A program made the translations under genes and the position numbers. The notes beneath the pieces are model-generated. The model did no database searches. It was not told the DNA's origin and was given only the letters and a program-made list of their open reading frames with translations. Positions 35,790 through 48,866 of a DNA stretch of 64,000 bases are shown in pieces (positions within the stretch are counted from its first letter, which is position 1; every line of letters begins with the position of its first letter). The DNA comes from Lama guanicoe. Lineage: Eukaryota. The stretch spans positions 18,432,819 to 18,496,818 of the forward strand of contig MU054323.1 in the NCBI GenBank assembly GCA_013239625.1. Direction: 5' to 3'.

Positions 35790-35960
35790 CAGACTACTAA
35801 AATTAACCGTCCGGCTGAGTCATTCTGACATTTCCGTGAGCCAAGTTAGACGGATGAACTTCCCGGGGTTATCTGTTATCAGATCAACAAAGCAACATAT
35901 TTTACATAAATACCTTCGACCAAAATGGCATGGGGAAACCCACGAAGCTTAGAAGATGCC
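35790..35960. promoter_or_regulatory. Candidate enhancer (ARE/AP-1, double GATA, SOX, kB-like)
   Basis: GCTGAGTCAT 35814-35823; TTATCT 35869 and TTATCA 35876; AACAAAG 35886; GGGGAAACCC 35932; locally retained CpGs. Confidence 0.4.
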
Positions 35961-36570
35961 CTCGGGGACTGCCTAAGATTTTTCATAAGCAGAAAAAGAG
36001 CCAAGTAGCCATGTGAATGGAATTTTCAACACAGCACTAGGCGAGCCGGGACAAATGAACAGCCTCCTTCCCTCATTCTTCTTTTTTTAATGCTTCTAAA
36101 TTATGTTAGAATTTTAGGGCTTCCAATCGGATTAAAGGTTGGCTGAGTAGGACGATGACTTGGGGAAGAAAAAAGCACCTCAACAAAAATGCCTCTTGCG
36201 CTGAGTACAAAGTTCCCCTCATTTCAAACTGACATTCATTAGAAGAGGGAGCAACTAATGCTCAGGAAGAGAATCTCCAGTTTATTTATCTGATGCGAGA
36301 CCCAGGCCTCCCACTGAGCTGCTTCCGCCTTGTGATGGAAAACATATATTTTTCTATCGCCCTTATTTTCTCAGTAGGGTAAAGAAGAAGGACTAAAACA
36401 ATTTTGATGTTCAGGGCTTCTTAACTTAGTATTATTTTAGCATATAATCAGTTGTCTCCTATTAGCTTAGAGTCAGTAATCATCACATTATAAATACATC
36501 AATATAATAACAGATATCCCATTTCATTGTACCTATACAGAGAAACACAAAACGTCAGATAGAGTTACTT

Positions 36571-36622
36571 AAAAGGAGCCGTAGGAAAAAAAATAAAAAT
36601 AAAAAAAATAAAAGGAACCGTA
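36571..36622 (+). mobile_element. Solitary poly(A) retro-insertion with TSD, inside a MIR
   Basis: TT|AAAAGGAGCCGTA, then a 26-nt A-rich tract, then AAAAGGAACCGTA. Confidence 0.75.
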
Positions 36623-39299
36623 AAGATTATCCAGCTGCCTTATTTTAGAAGTAACTAAAAGGAGGTTCAGAGAGGTTAGTCATTTCCCCCACAAAAGCGC
36701 GCCTCTGATCCTCCCCGATTCCCCACCCCGAGTTCCAGTCCAGTGTGCTGCTCTGGGTGGCAGAGTAAAACTACCAGGTACTGAATACTGTATGAAGCTT
36801 TCGTGTGTCTTCACCCATTCAAACACACTCAACAATTTAGTATCATTTGTATCATCATTTCTGTTTTATATACAGACGTCTTAAGTGTAGTTTAAGGTCA
36901 CATATCTGGACAATGACAACATTTTTCACAGGCAGTGTGCATATTTTTTAAAATAATACTAGAAAAGAAAATTTATGAGCACAATTCAGTTTATAGTAAA
37001 TAATACATATGCATTACCATTCTTAAAAGTTGGTTTTATAGGTACCAGTAACAAAAGCATTTTCTGTGATTCTACCATGGAATTGAACAGGGTAACTTCT
37101 GCAATGCACTTAAAGATGCAATGCAAGAATCACTCTAAGAAAGATACCCTTAAAATGTCCCCCAGTGCGCTCAGCCATAAATATGAATCACTGAAGTTGA
37201 GCATTAGAAAGACAAAATTCTCAAACCACTGATGAAATGATGTCCTATTTTTAGGCAGATAGTACCATAATAGCAAAGAGATAAGATATCTCATTTGTGT
37301 CCGGGATATTTAGAACAAAATATAATGAGAAAGAACTGCTGGAGAAGTCCTTCAGTTAGCCGCCCTCTCATTCTGATCCTAAACCGAATCCCTCAACCTG
37401 CTGGGGTGAGGGTGAGGGTGGAGGAACACATCACACCATCCCACACTATCCTTTTCTGCCTGGACCCCTACCAGGGGCTCCAGTAAAAGTCATTCACCTT
37501 TCCTACAGCCAAAAAGCCAAAAATCTTATTCATATCAACCCATGGATCTCAGTCTCTAGGGGAGCACCAGCACTCCAGTTTTGTAAACAGCCATATTCTG
37601 AATTTCAAATGAATTTTCCAGCTAGGATAGATATAATATAGATATATACAATACTATATATTCATCATCCTGAAGGTGGCTTTCATTTCTATTATTTTAG
37701 AAATCAAAATGTTGTAAAGACAAAGTAAACAGAGATATGCCCAGAAAATTTAGCAACACATTCATATACTTTCCTAATTTTCTAAAGTATCAAAGCATAA
37801 ATAGCCACTGCAAGAACTCATGTCTACTGTATATTTGATTTCTTTGAAATTCATACACAGCTTCATCTGGAAAACACACTCCCTGTGATTAATCAAAAGC
37901 AGTTGGTCCTTAACTGTAATTAAATATATATGGTTTTGTCAAGTTAAATCTGTGATGAATTCTGTGTATGAACAGGAAAATAGGATAGTTTAGTGACTGA
38001 CACTCAATTAAAGAAATATAAGCATAGCTTCCTTTCCCTTCCTTGTATGTGTGTGTGTGTATATATATATATTTATATTTTTTAATCATGTGAATCATAC
38101 AAAAAGCATCTTCTCTCCAAACTTAGATCTATGGCAGCCCTAAAAACAGAGCAGAAATGGCTATTTTCCACGGACCCCAGGGCCAGTCTAGGAATAGCCC
38201 TTCAGTACAAACTATGCAGCTCTCACAGCTTTAAGTAAACTTAAATAAGGTGATCTTTTTCTCAACAGGAAGTGAATGTGTTTTGAGGCTCTGTCTTTTT
38301 CATGATTAATTGGCTCTGTGTGAATCTGACTCTTTGGGAACCTGACCTTATTTGTGTAAGTGGAATGGGCTTATGGAAAAGAGTCAGGAAAGAGATAAAT
38401 GAATGAAATTTCGGAAACACTACTGGTTGGTGTGTCAACCAAGGGCTTGAGAATGAATGGGGAGAAAGTAAAGGTTCCACTGAGAGGGTAATGTTAGTGC
38501 TACATCTCAGAAAAAATTGGGATTTGCAAGTCAGAGAAGATAGGGCAGTGCATTCCCTATGAGGCTGTGCCATGGTGATGAACCAAATTTCTGCCTGTGT
38601 TTAAGGGCCAATGGCTGGTCTCTAAGATTCCAAACTTTTCTCTGATAATAAGGCTGACTTTGGCTTTCCTAGGATCACTTTGGGTGAATCTTCCAAGACT
38701 TGTGAGCATCTCAAGTACAGCCATGATCGCACTGTCTTGTAATTATCTGTCTGCTCCACTTGAAGGCTGGGTACATATTTATGTCACATTATACCAGTGT
38801 CTGACAAATGTATACACTCAGATGACTAAACAAACCAATGCACGAATGAGGATTTAACCAGGAGAGCAAAGGCCTTGCAGGGGCCACTCTTGCTGACGGC
38901 AGTTTGTAATGACGTTCACTACGAAAGCTCAGAATGCCCATGTCACGTGGAGAGTCTGTTCTGAGTGCCCCCGAGAGGTCTAAACCAGTCCAGAGCGCTG
39001 CTCAGAATTCCAGATAAATCTTGTTTAACCAATCTTGTGTTCTCTGGAAAATAGCTTATCCCTTAGGGAGGCGATCTAAACTGACCCTTTCCACTGGGAC
39101 TCCTCCAGCTATTGGTCTGGGCTCCATTCCTGGAGATGCTCTCATCGATATGGGTTGTTAGGTTCACTTTGGTCCACCACCAAAACAGGCACAAGCCTCT
39201 GGGTCCTGCCAGCATGTTCCATTTTAGGACACCTGAGTATTTTTATTCCTTCTTCCTTTTCAAACACAAAATGAAAAAAAAGTGAAGTCAATGGAAAGA

Positions 39300-39510
39300 T
39301 CATGCTCTCTGGTGTCAGAGATCTGAGTTTGAATCTTGGCTTTACCCCTTTCTGTTTGACTATGGGTGAGTTAATTTCCTGAGCCTCAGTTTCCTCATCT
39401 GAAAAAAAAAACTGGGATAAACAGTACTTACTTCATAGGTAATAGTGAGCATCAAATATGATGTACCTGACACAGAGCACCAAATAGGTATTCAGTAAAT
39501 AGTGGCTTTA
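39300..39510 (+). mobile_element. MIR SINE
   Basis: CTGAGCCTCAGTTTCCTCATCTGAAAA...GGGATAA...GTATTCAGTAAATAGTGGCT. Confidence 0.85.
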
Positions 39511-42478
39511 AAGATGCCTAAGAAAATATAAACATCTTTGTAAAGCATAAAAGCTATCCAATTTTTCTCACGGTGGCTGGAAGCAAGACAAATGTCATTG
39601 CTTCACCTTAAACATAAGCACAGTAATTGTGTATGCTACTTAATGCACTGAGCATATTTTCCAGCTGCTAAGTATCTTAAAAAATACAAAATAAATTTCT
39701 TTTACTTTAAGAATCAGCGGGGAAAGGAAATAAGTTCACTGTCACAGAATGGTATTTGGAGATTTACAACTGAACTTTAATCTTTTGTTAGGAATGACTT
39801 TCCAGGAAAGGCTGCGTCCTCACAAACGGTGATACTGTTTCGTAAATACAGCGGTGCTGCCTTGGGCAGCCGATTCACACAGAACAGTTTTATTTTCTTG
39901 CCTTATGACCCTGAATTTTCTAAGCTGACTTAGTACCTGACTCGAAAGTGAGTCTATCAAGGAAGTCAGGTAAAAAAGCAAGAAAAATCAACAAACTGTT
40001 CATCTCCATCCAGCCCTTCCTCAATAACACAACAGCAGTTATTAATTCAAATAGTGGGCACTGAGTGATAATATCCATTATGGATTGATCTCTTCCTCTT
40101 CTCTTTCCCTAGGCATTTTCCCCACGCTCTCCTAGACTTTTTCCTTTTGGTTTCCATTCAGTTTATTTTTCTTGTTAGTTATATTCCTGTATTCCTCTTT
40201 ATGCCTCTAGGAAAATATAAAATGAATCTTCTATTTGTGGAGAAATAGCGCATCCCGATGATTCCAGGGAAGTCTCCCTATTTCAGTGATTGTAAGTTTC
40301 CCAAAGCGCTCCATGAACAATAAATGCCTTGATTTTTTTCTCCAGTTCTATCTGCCATTTAATAATCCTACCTTGCCTAAATTAGATATGTCTTACTGGT
40401 ATTTGGGCTCAAAAAAAATCACACATTTTATGATGAGGTGTAGCTGTGAAGGAAAGACCCTGAGGCTCAGAGAGGTAAAGTAACAAGAGACAACATCACC
40501 CAGCTCATGTGAATTTAGGAAATATGGGAGTCCAGAAGCTGTGCTCTGTCTTAACCTTTTCTTTCTCTCTCTTCAATGAGGCTAAAATCCAGCCAATGGA
40601 TCATCTTAGTGGGGGAGCATCTGGTAACTTTCCCAGAAGACAGAGACATGTGAGGATCTGCAATAGGAGAAGCATGGTCATCCTGCCTGTAAGACAAATC
40701 TTGACACACATACAAGTAACTCTGGCACCTGCCAACCTGTACAAACAAACAATAGCATGTATTTGTGTGAAAGCCAGTTTTCTACAAACTGGATGATATG
40801 GCGTGAACGCCAGCTGTTCTGAGAACCCCGAGCCTGCTGATGGAAGATTACCCTGGGGTGGGATGCAACACAAATCATGGTCCTTGATTCTATTATTGCT
40901 CTGCCAATGTCCTCATTTGACATCAGACACTATTGAAAGCACCCAGAAAAACACATGAATGATTATTGAGAAGTGTATCTAACAAGACGGCAGGTGTGTT
41001 CCCAGCAGTAAGTCACAATAAAACAACTCTCCACCACAAAAACGAGTGATGATTCTTACTTTGAAAATAGATAGTGAATGTCTTCAGTAATTGGATTTTC
41101 TGCTTCTTAAAATTTCCTAAGAGGTGCTGAAAATTATACCATACATTCTACAGGAATCCAATAAAATGCTGGATTAACTACACATAGCTGTGACTTGAAA
41201 TATCTGAAAACAATATGCTATCCATTTTAAATATAAGTAAACATAAATATAAAAATAATTGAAATGATAAACAGGAATTAAAATTTAAGTTACCAGTTAA
41301 TATATGATTATCCGATAGAACTACCTGTAAGCCAGAGGCAACGAACTCTCCTGGCCAAAAAACTGCTGGTCTCAGATAATGGGCTGCACTTGTACACTCA
41401 AGGCAAAGAAAATGAAATAACCCCAACCTAGATCACACAGCCACAGAATCTGTCTGAATTTCAGGACCAGGATGATTTATATTAGCAAACAAATGCCCAC
41501 GATCTGCCTCCAGCACCTTTTTTCAGGTTTCTTTGTTTAGTTCTTACTAAGCACGTAAACAATAGTTTCCAAGATGCTACTTTCTGCAGCAATGACCAAC
41601 CTGCAGGCTGTCAGGCTCATGTCAGATCAGAGTATCCTGTTTAAATATGGCCAGGGATTAGATAAAGGTAATGTGCATTCTATCCTTACATTTCATCTAG
41701 GTAGAGGCAGCCGTGTTTTGAGTTTCTCTCAAGAGCTGGGGCGGTTCAGTTATAGAGAAGCCGAGGGTCCTCTAAAATCAGGCAGAGCCAAAATCCCCTC
41801 CATCGTTTTTAAATACACTTGGTTTTGGAGTTTGTTCTAGAAACACGTACTTTAACCTTTTTCACAGTACAAGATTGAAAAAGAAAATCACTGAAGTATG
41901 AAGCAAACAAGTTATGTACATTAAGTATGAAAAACTGTCCAGTGTCTACTCTACAGTGAATAATGCAGGTTATGGAATAGAGTGAAATCTATCATCCCAT
42001 ATTGCCATTTTGTGTATAACTAATGAGTACTTGGCACATGCATGGGGAAATTTTGAAAGTACTCAATTATTAGCAATGAAATGGTGTCAGGAAGTATGAG
42101 GTATTTTTAATTTCTAAGTTTATCTAGATAGACAGGAGGATGGATGGATGGATAGACATAAACAGACAGACAGTACATAAACTTTACCGTATAAGCAGAA
42201 AAATCATGAATATATATCATTGTGCAGAAAATAATCAAAATATAATATATCCTACTGTATGCTTATTGTGCATACCCTCACAAATTCAGTTTAAAATATT
42301 AGGCCAATAAAGTGGAATATATTTCATCACTTCATGACTTTTTTAGAACTTTGAATGTGCACTGTGGATATCTGTTGAGAACAAACAGACTTATGAAGCA
42401 GCATAAAAATGTTCATATGCAGAGAAGAGAAGCTCCCAGTGCTCTTTGTAGCCTGTACCCCTGGTAAATTTTAGCCAA

Positions 42479-42611
42479 TTTTTTTCCTTTTTTTTTTTCC
42501 TTTTTTTAATTGAAGTATAGTCAGTTACAATGTGTCAATTTCTGGTGTACAGCGTAATGTTCCAGTCATACATACACATACATATATTCATTTTCATATT
42601 CTTTTTCATTA
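42479..42611 (-). mobile_element. Very short L1 3' end
   Basis: T tail then AATTGAAGTATAGTCAGTTACAATGTGTCAATTTCTGGTGTACAGCGTAATG, nearly identical to the 22829 copy. Confidence 0.9.
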
Positions 42612-44829
42612 AATTGGACCATTTGTTCTTAAGATACATTAGGATAATCTTTGGACATCAGAAACAGTGGTCTGTGATTCTGATCAACATACATCTCTGA
42701 GAGCTATGAGAACTATGTCCGTTTCAAATGCCCTGTTGTGTCCCTGTGGATTGACTGGGCACATCGGTCAAAAGGGGAAATGGGAGATGTGGCTTGTCAA
42801 ATACAGCCTCCCATTTCCTCCTTGAGAACTCTGGGTTTAGGGTTAAGATTTTTGCTATGTAATCTACCCAGCAGGAGGGCTCCACAGTGCTCAAGGTTTT
42901 CAGAGTTTAATCTTGAAGTCTGACCTGGGCTAACCCATTTCCTGCTAAACTGCAAGCTCCGTGTGAGAGTAAGGAACATGGAAATTCATCATGCAAGTCA
43001 GCCTCCTAGGTCTGGAGGTCAGGAAGAGGTCTGAAGGGGTTACTTCAGAGACAAGGAGAGGGCAAGCCACCCTCTCCCTGCCCAACACACATCAGAGAGC
43101 TATGCTGGAATGTTTGTTCTTTTTGCTTCAGGCTTTGATTCCTGCACAAACACAAATTCCCCAGAAAAGGCTCACCTTTTGCACTATCATCAGCCATTTT
43201 ATACCCCACCATGGATCGTTTTACATGATCCATTTGGGAGAAAACCCTTGAAGAAGCAGAACCCTAAGAGTAGAAAGAGGTGGAGCCTACGGAGGAGGGG
43301 AAGGAACTGGGCCTATTTCCTTGTTTGGTGTAGAACTGGCTTTGCTTTGTGTGCTGCCTGATCCTTTGTGCTTTTTTTTTTTTTTCATATAAAAAAGTGA
43401 GATCAGCAATTCATTGGCTTCCCCAAAACAAGTTAATTCATCATCAAGAAGGAGCTCCAAGAGCACTGGGAGGCTTTTCTCCCTAGGGTTAGCTTGATTT
43501 TCAAATGCATGTTCCAAATTCAGATGGATAAATAAATAAATTTTAAAAAACAAGAAAATGGTGGGGGTTAAACACTGCGCCTTGACTATCCTTGTAACTA
43601 GAACCGTAACACCATGAAAACACATTTAGATTACTCCGGAGTCTCAATCAAGTGACTGAGATGGAATCTCTGAGCATTTCTGCAGGTTTCCTCGTTAAAT
43701 AAAGGAGAGTTCCTCCTATGACTTTGCTGATTTTGCAAAAGCCCCTCCTTAGCTTACCTCCTATGAATTAATGAAATTTTTAATAACAAAAATTTTCAAA
43801 ATACAACACAAATCAAAACATTGTGGCTTTGAGGTCATAGGAAATTCCAGCAAATATCAACATGCAGTTAAGTTATCAAGCTTTTGGACTTCAATTCTAG
43901 TCCTAGCTCTTGGCACATGTTAACATCATGTCTTTGGGAAAGTTTCCTAAAATACTCTGAGCCTCTCTTTTTTATGTGTAAAATATGCTTAGTATCACCT
44001 AGTTGTCAAGACAGTTTTTAAGACCATAGAAGTGTGTGTGTGTGAATATAGTTTTTTAAACCATAAGGTTATCCTAAAAATTTTATTGTTAATATTGGTT
44101 TTATGCATAACTTGACATCCACAGGGCAACAGTGAAGATGGGCAAAATCCCCCTGCATGGACCACCAGGGAAGAGCATAATTCTCACACTTGGGGTACAT
44201 TTGCCTTTAAGTGAATCCTTCCAAAATGATGTATCCTAACTGCCTAGTGTATGGACACTGTTCGTGGTATAATGGAAAAATATTTATAACCTTAGAAAAA
44301 AGGCAGAAAGGTGGGTAGCATGTCCTTTTAGTATCATATGAGGGCACAGATCTAACGAAGGTTTATTTAATTATTTAGGGAAAGTCCATTTTGTTTGACT
44401 CACTTTGTTTATTATGATTAAATGTCCAAGACTTAGTGAAATGTCATGTTAACATGGAGATATCACCCTGTATTAGCCACTTCTGTATCTAACACAGCAA
44501 AATTCGTCTAATATTTATTAAATGGTCCATACATACTCAGTTCTTTAAACTGGCCTCATCATCTTACTGAACCCCTACCTAATAAATAAGTTTAATAAAC
44601 TTTTTGACATATGTTCTCTTTATATGCGTGTAAGTCGGGCTTCTAATTTCTTAAATTATACTTTAACTGTGGTAAAGACATTTGGTTGTTGTGGAAGTAA
44701 TTATAGTGGGATTTGCCAGCTGATTCCAACATTTTCCTAACAAAAGAGAGTAGCAGAACGTGAATGGGAAGAGAGATGGATGAATGGGTAGTTGGGAACA
44801 AAGAGTCTCTGGAAATTTTAAATTAAAGT

Positions 44830-45005
44830 ATTGTATGATATCACTTATATGTGGAATCTAAAAAACAATACAAATGCATGTATATGCAAAGCAGAAACAG
44901 ATTCACAGATGTAGAACACAAACTTGTAGTTACCAAAAGGGAAGTGGGGAAGGACAAATCAAGGGCATGGGGTTAGCAGACAAAAACAGATTTCTATAAA
45001 TGAAA
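44830..45005 (+). mobile_element. L1 3'UTR fragment (older subfamily)
   Basis: TATGATATCACTTATATGTGGAATCTAAAAAA...GCAGAAACAGATTCACAGAT...GTTACCAAAAGGGAA. Confidence 0.85.
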
Positions 45006-48000
45006 CACAAACATCCCATAAGTTCTGTAGTTGTGCTTATTACTGATTGTGGATAAAGATGTTCACAACAGATTGAAGAAAAATAGGAATGGAAAATATA
45101 GCATGAAAATTGCCTTGGGAGTTCCCAGACCGCTCTACTTAAAATCAAAGAAAAACTCTAAACTTCTGCCATCTCAGAGATATTCCTTTCCATTTTTATT
45201 ATGGAAGTGTTGGTGACTAAAGCATACAAAGCCATTCAGTAATCAGCTGAAGGTCAACTCCATGCCAGTAGCTGGGTCAGGTACAGGGATAGAGGTTCCA
45301 GGAAGTTCACAGTCTTATGAAGAAGACAGGCGGTGTGCAATGGAAATCTCATGAATCAGCGATATGGCAGCCAGAAGGGGGAGAAAAGGTTCAGGAGAAA
45401 TTCCAGGAAACGAAGTGACCCAGGCCTCGGCGAAGTCATTGTGTGAGGAAGAAGGGGTCGGCAAGGGCATGATGTGATAAACGCACTGCACTAGAGTCAT
45501 TTAAAAGATCAAATTGTTAGCAGCCCAGCATCAAAATCAACTCCCTTTTCCTGGGACGACTCAAAGAGAGAGGCTCTGTTCACTCTGCAAGCTGTCTGTC
45601 TGGGGTTTTCTGCAATATTCTATTAAGGGGTCAAGGACCGAGTCTAAGCCAACATAGGTGAGGGAAGAGGCACTGGAGAGAGAGAGACTTGGTGCAAACT
45701 TGGAAAGAATTTCTATCCAACCCTCCCCTTGTCCCTCAATGACACAAGAGGAAGGGGAAAAGGTGTGCGCTGCAAACATGCCACAGTGGTTTTGTCGCTG
45801 AGAAAGTTCCTCTTTCAGTAGACTCCCAGATCCACTATTTACATCAATGTAAACTATTACGGAGAAAAACAACAGGGAGAAATACACTCAAAAAGTTCTG
45901 TTGAGAGTAAACATCTTATGAGGCAAAATTTAAGTGCTGCGGGGAAAAAAGAAAAATCACAAAACTTGAAGTCTCCTAGGAGCCTTAATCTCTGTCATTC
46001 AAGCCCAATGTACACAAATTTACAGTTCTGAGGTTGAGCCTGCCGGGAAGCTCTTTTCCAGTTGGGGCCTCAGGTCAGGTACCTAGCAGGACCTAGATTC
46101 CCAGACTGATGCCGAGAATCCTTGAACCTCATACTCACATGGAGCACTGAGCCCAATAATAAGCATGTGAGACCTAAGAGCAGCCCAACCAACCTCTCTG
46201 GCCCTGACACCCACCTGATGACCCAGTCAGCACCAGTGAGGATGAGCAAGCTGTTGAAAGCTCTGGGAGTCACCTTCTATGCTTTGATGTTTGTTTTCAA
46301 AAAAGAGCAAGATGGTATAATCCATGGATTTTCAAATTCAGTGACTGGATCCGTTTGAGAAGTCCAAGATTGGAATGCAAAACTTTTTTTTAATCCTGTT
46401 TGCTCCTCCAGGGTCCAGACTCTCTTTCCACGTGTGTTGAATGCTCAGATTTCTTGGTGAAGAGAGCAAAAAGGAGATATTGTAACACAAGCAAAGCAGA
46501 GCAAAAAGCCTTCATTTTCGATCCTGCTGCTCTTCATAGGGTCCTTTCTTCTCACCACATGCTTTCAAAGGAGTCACTTCAGCCTTGCCTCATCAATACA
46601 GCAGACATATTTAAAAAGAAATATGTTCCAAAACTGTTAGAGGTGCTTCATGACTACATTTCCATTCATCTGCCAAGGAGACTGGAGTGTGAAAGGGAAG
46701 AAAACTTATTTATAACTTAACTACGTAGGGAAGCAACCAGAAGATTCCTGTGGGCCCAAGAAGAATGTCAAAGAAAGAAATCCATAGTTAAGGACATGAC
46801 AGATGGCACCTTTCGACTCTGAGACGAACAGGGCCATGAGTGTATCCCCAGAATTGTTGGTCAATGAATAAAAGAAAGAAATGGAGCAAAGTTGCATCTA
46901 AGGCCCAACTCTGTGCCATCATGCTTTACAATGACCAGAAGAAACCACATTTTGGAAACCTCTAATTTTCCTGGAGGCTCCCAACCGTACACTTTAGAAC
47001 TAACAAGAGGCGGCGTTAAGGCTCAGGAAGCCGGGCTGTACGTCTCTACATTTGGAGTTGTCTTAGTTCTCCTGTGTGGCAGACTGTAAGTCATTGACGG
47101 CGCAAGTGACACGATGGCGGAGACTTCCCGTTCCCAGGTGGTTCTTTCCCTAGAGTTGTGATGGGCGGTTTCTTTCTGTATCACTGTCTTCCGTGTTCAA
47201 GTCAACGAGCATTGCCGGGAACTCGTTTAGACAAAGGAGTGCTAGGGCCCTGCCCCAGATGAACTAGAATAGCTGGGGGTGAAACCCAGCGCTCAGTGTT
47301 TAGCAAGCCCTGATTTGCAACCACAGCACCATTCCTTCCAGGGACACCACCTGTCATCAGAGTTTTTGTGACCCTTTTTGGGAAAAAGAGCAAGCTTGAG
47401 TCAACGTTTTATTCTCTTCCATCAGAGCGCTCGCTGTAATGGAATTTACAAGTCTGGCCTTTTGAGTACAGTCCCTCAAGGGGAATGCAGGACCCAGGAA
47501 GGCAGAGAGGGGAAAAAAGTCTGACTGCCAGAGAAGAATAACCTGTGGGGCTAAACTGTTTTGTCTGCATCCTGTCTAATGGCACCAAAATTTACAGAGA
47601 ATAAACTAAGGGAAGAAAACAAAAAGCTTGGAGCTCCACGATCTTCCAAGTTGGGAGTAATTTTAAATTGAGCAATAATCTGTGCATATTTTCAACCAGC
47701 ATCTGTGTTCCATGAAGTTTCAGTCTGGCTTTTATCCCCCTGAGTAACTGGCCCACAGACAAGCAGGTTGAAAGATGGAAAAAACACTTACTCCATTTTC
47801 TATTTCCCACGTATCCTTTTGTACATACATCAAGGGACAGCATGTGACAGGGACACTTCCGCAGAAGCAAGACAGCACTTTAGATGGAGTCCAGGTAGTA
47901 TTCTGTGCCTGAATTCAAATTCTGACCCTGTACTTCCTGGCTATTTGAAATGTGGTAACTACCTTACCCTCAGTAGGACTTATTCGTTCATTGATTTATC

Positions 48001-48030
48001 CATTCAACAATTATGATTCGAGTGCCTATT

Positions 48031-48180
48031 TAAAAAAGATTTTTTAATGGGGGGGAGGTAATTAGGTTTGCTTATTTATTTGTTTTTTTATCAATTTTTA
48101 ACAGAGGTACTTGGGATTGAATCCAGAACCTCGTGCATGCTAAACATGCTCTACCACTGAGCTACACCCTCTCCCACACT
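48031..48180 (-). mobile_element. tRNA-Ala-derived camelid SINE
   Basis: Antisense head GCTCTACCACTGAGCTACACCCTC, GGAGGTAATTAGGTTT motif; TSD GAGTGCCTATT at 48020-48030 and 48181-48191. Confidence 0.93.
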
Positions 48181-48605
48181 GAGTGCCTATTGTGTATCAA
48201 AAACTATTATAAATTTTGCTTACACAGTGAATGAGAATGATACTCTTATCTCATAGAACAAATTTTCCAGAGGGAATAATAAATACACATATAAAATAAT
48301 GTCAATCCTGCAAAGAAAAATAAAGCAGGACAGTAACAACAGAAAATGGGTGATGGTGAAGGTGCCATTTTAAACATAATAGGGAGTAAAGGCCTCTTTT
48401 GATAGTTGAGCAGAGAGATGAGTAAATGATGACATGAGCCTATCTGGGGAAAGAACTTTTCCAGAGAAAATGCAAGTGCAAAAGTCCTGAGGCGGAAGTG
48501 AGTGTGGAGCAGTTGGAACACCAAGAAGGCCAGTCTGGCTAAGAGGCATAAATAAGGGAAGAGGGTGGAGCTAGATCACGTGGGGTCTGTGGCCAACACT
48601 ATGGC

Positions 48606-48866
48606 TTTGTGTGTGATGAGAACATGGGACATGAGATCCACCATCTTAGCAAATCTTTAAGTATACAATATAGTCTTGCTAGCCAAATACTGTGCAGTAG
48701 ATAACTAGGACTTACTCATCTTGCAGAACTGAAACTTAGTATCTCCTCTGTTCCTCCTCCCCCCAGCCCTTGGCAGCCACCCTTCTACTCTCTGCCTCTA
48801 CTAGTTTGACTATTTTGGATTTCTTATGTATATGGTATCATGTAGTATTTGTCCTATGTCTGGCTT
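48606..48866 (-). mobile_element. L1MA-like 3' end fragment nested in L2
   Basis: TCTTAGCAAAT..AAGTATACAATA...ACTCATCTTGCAGAACTGAAACTT...CCCCAGCCCTTGGCAGCCACCCTTCTACTCTCTG. Confidence 0.8.
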
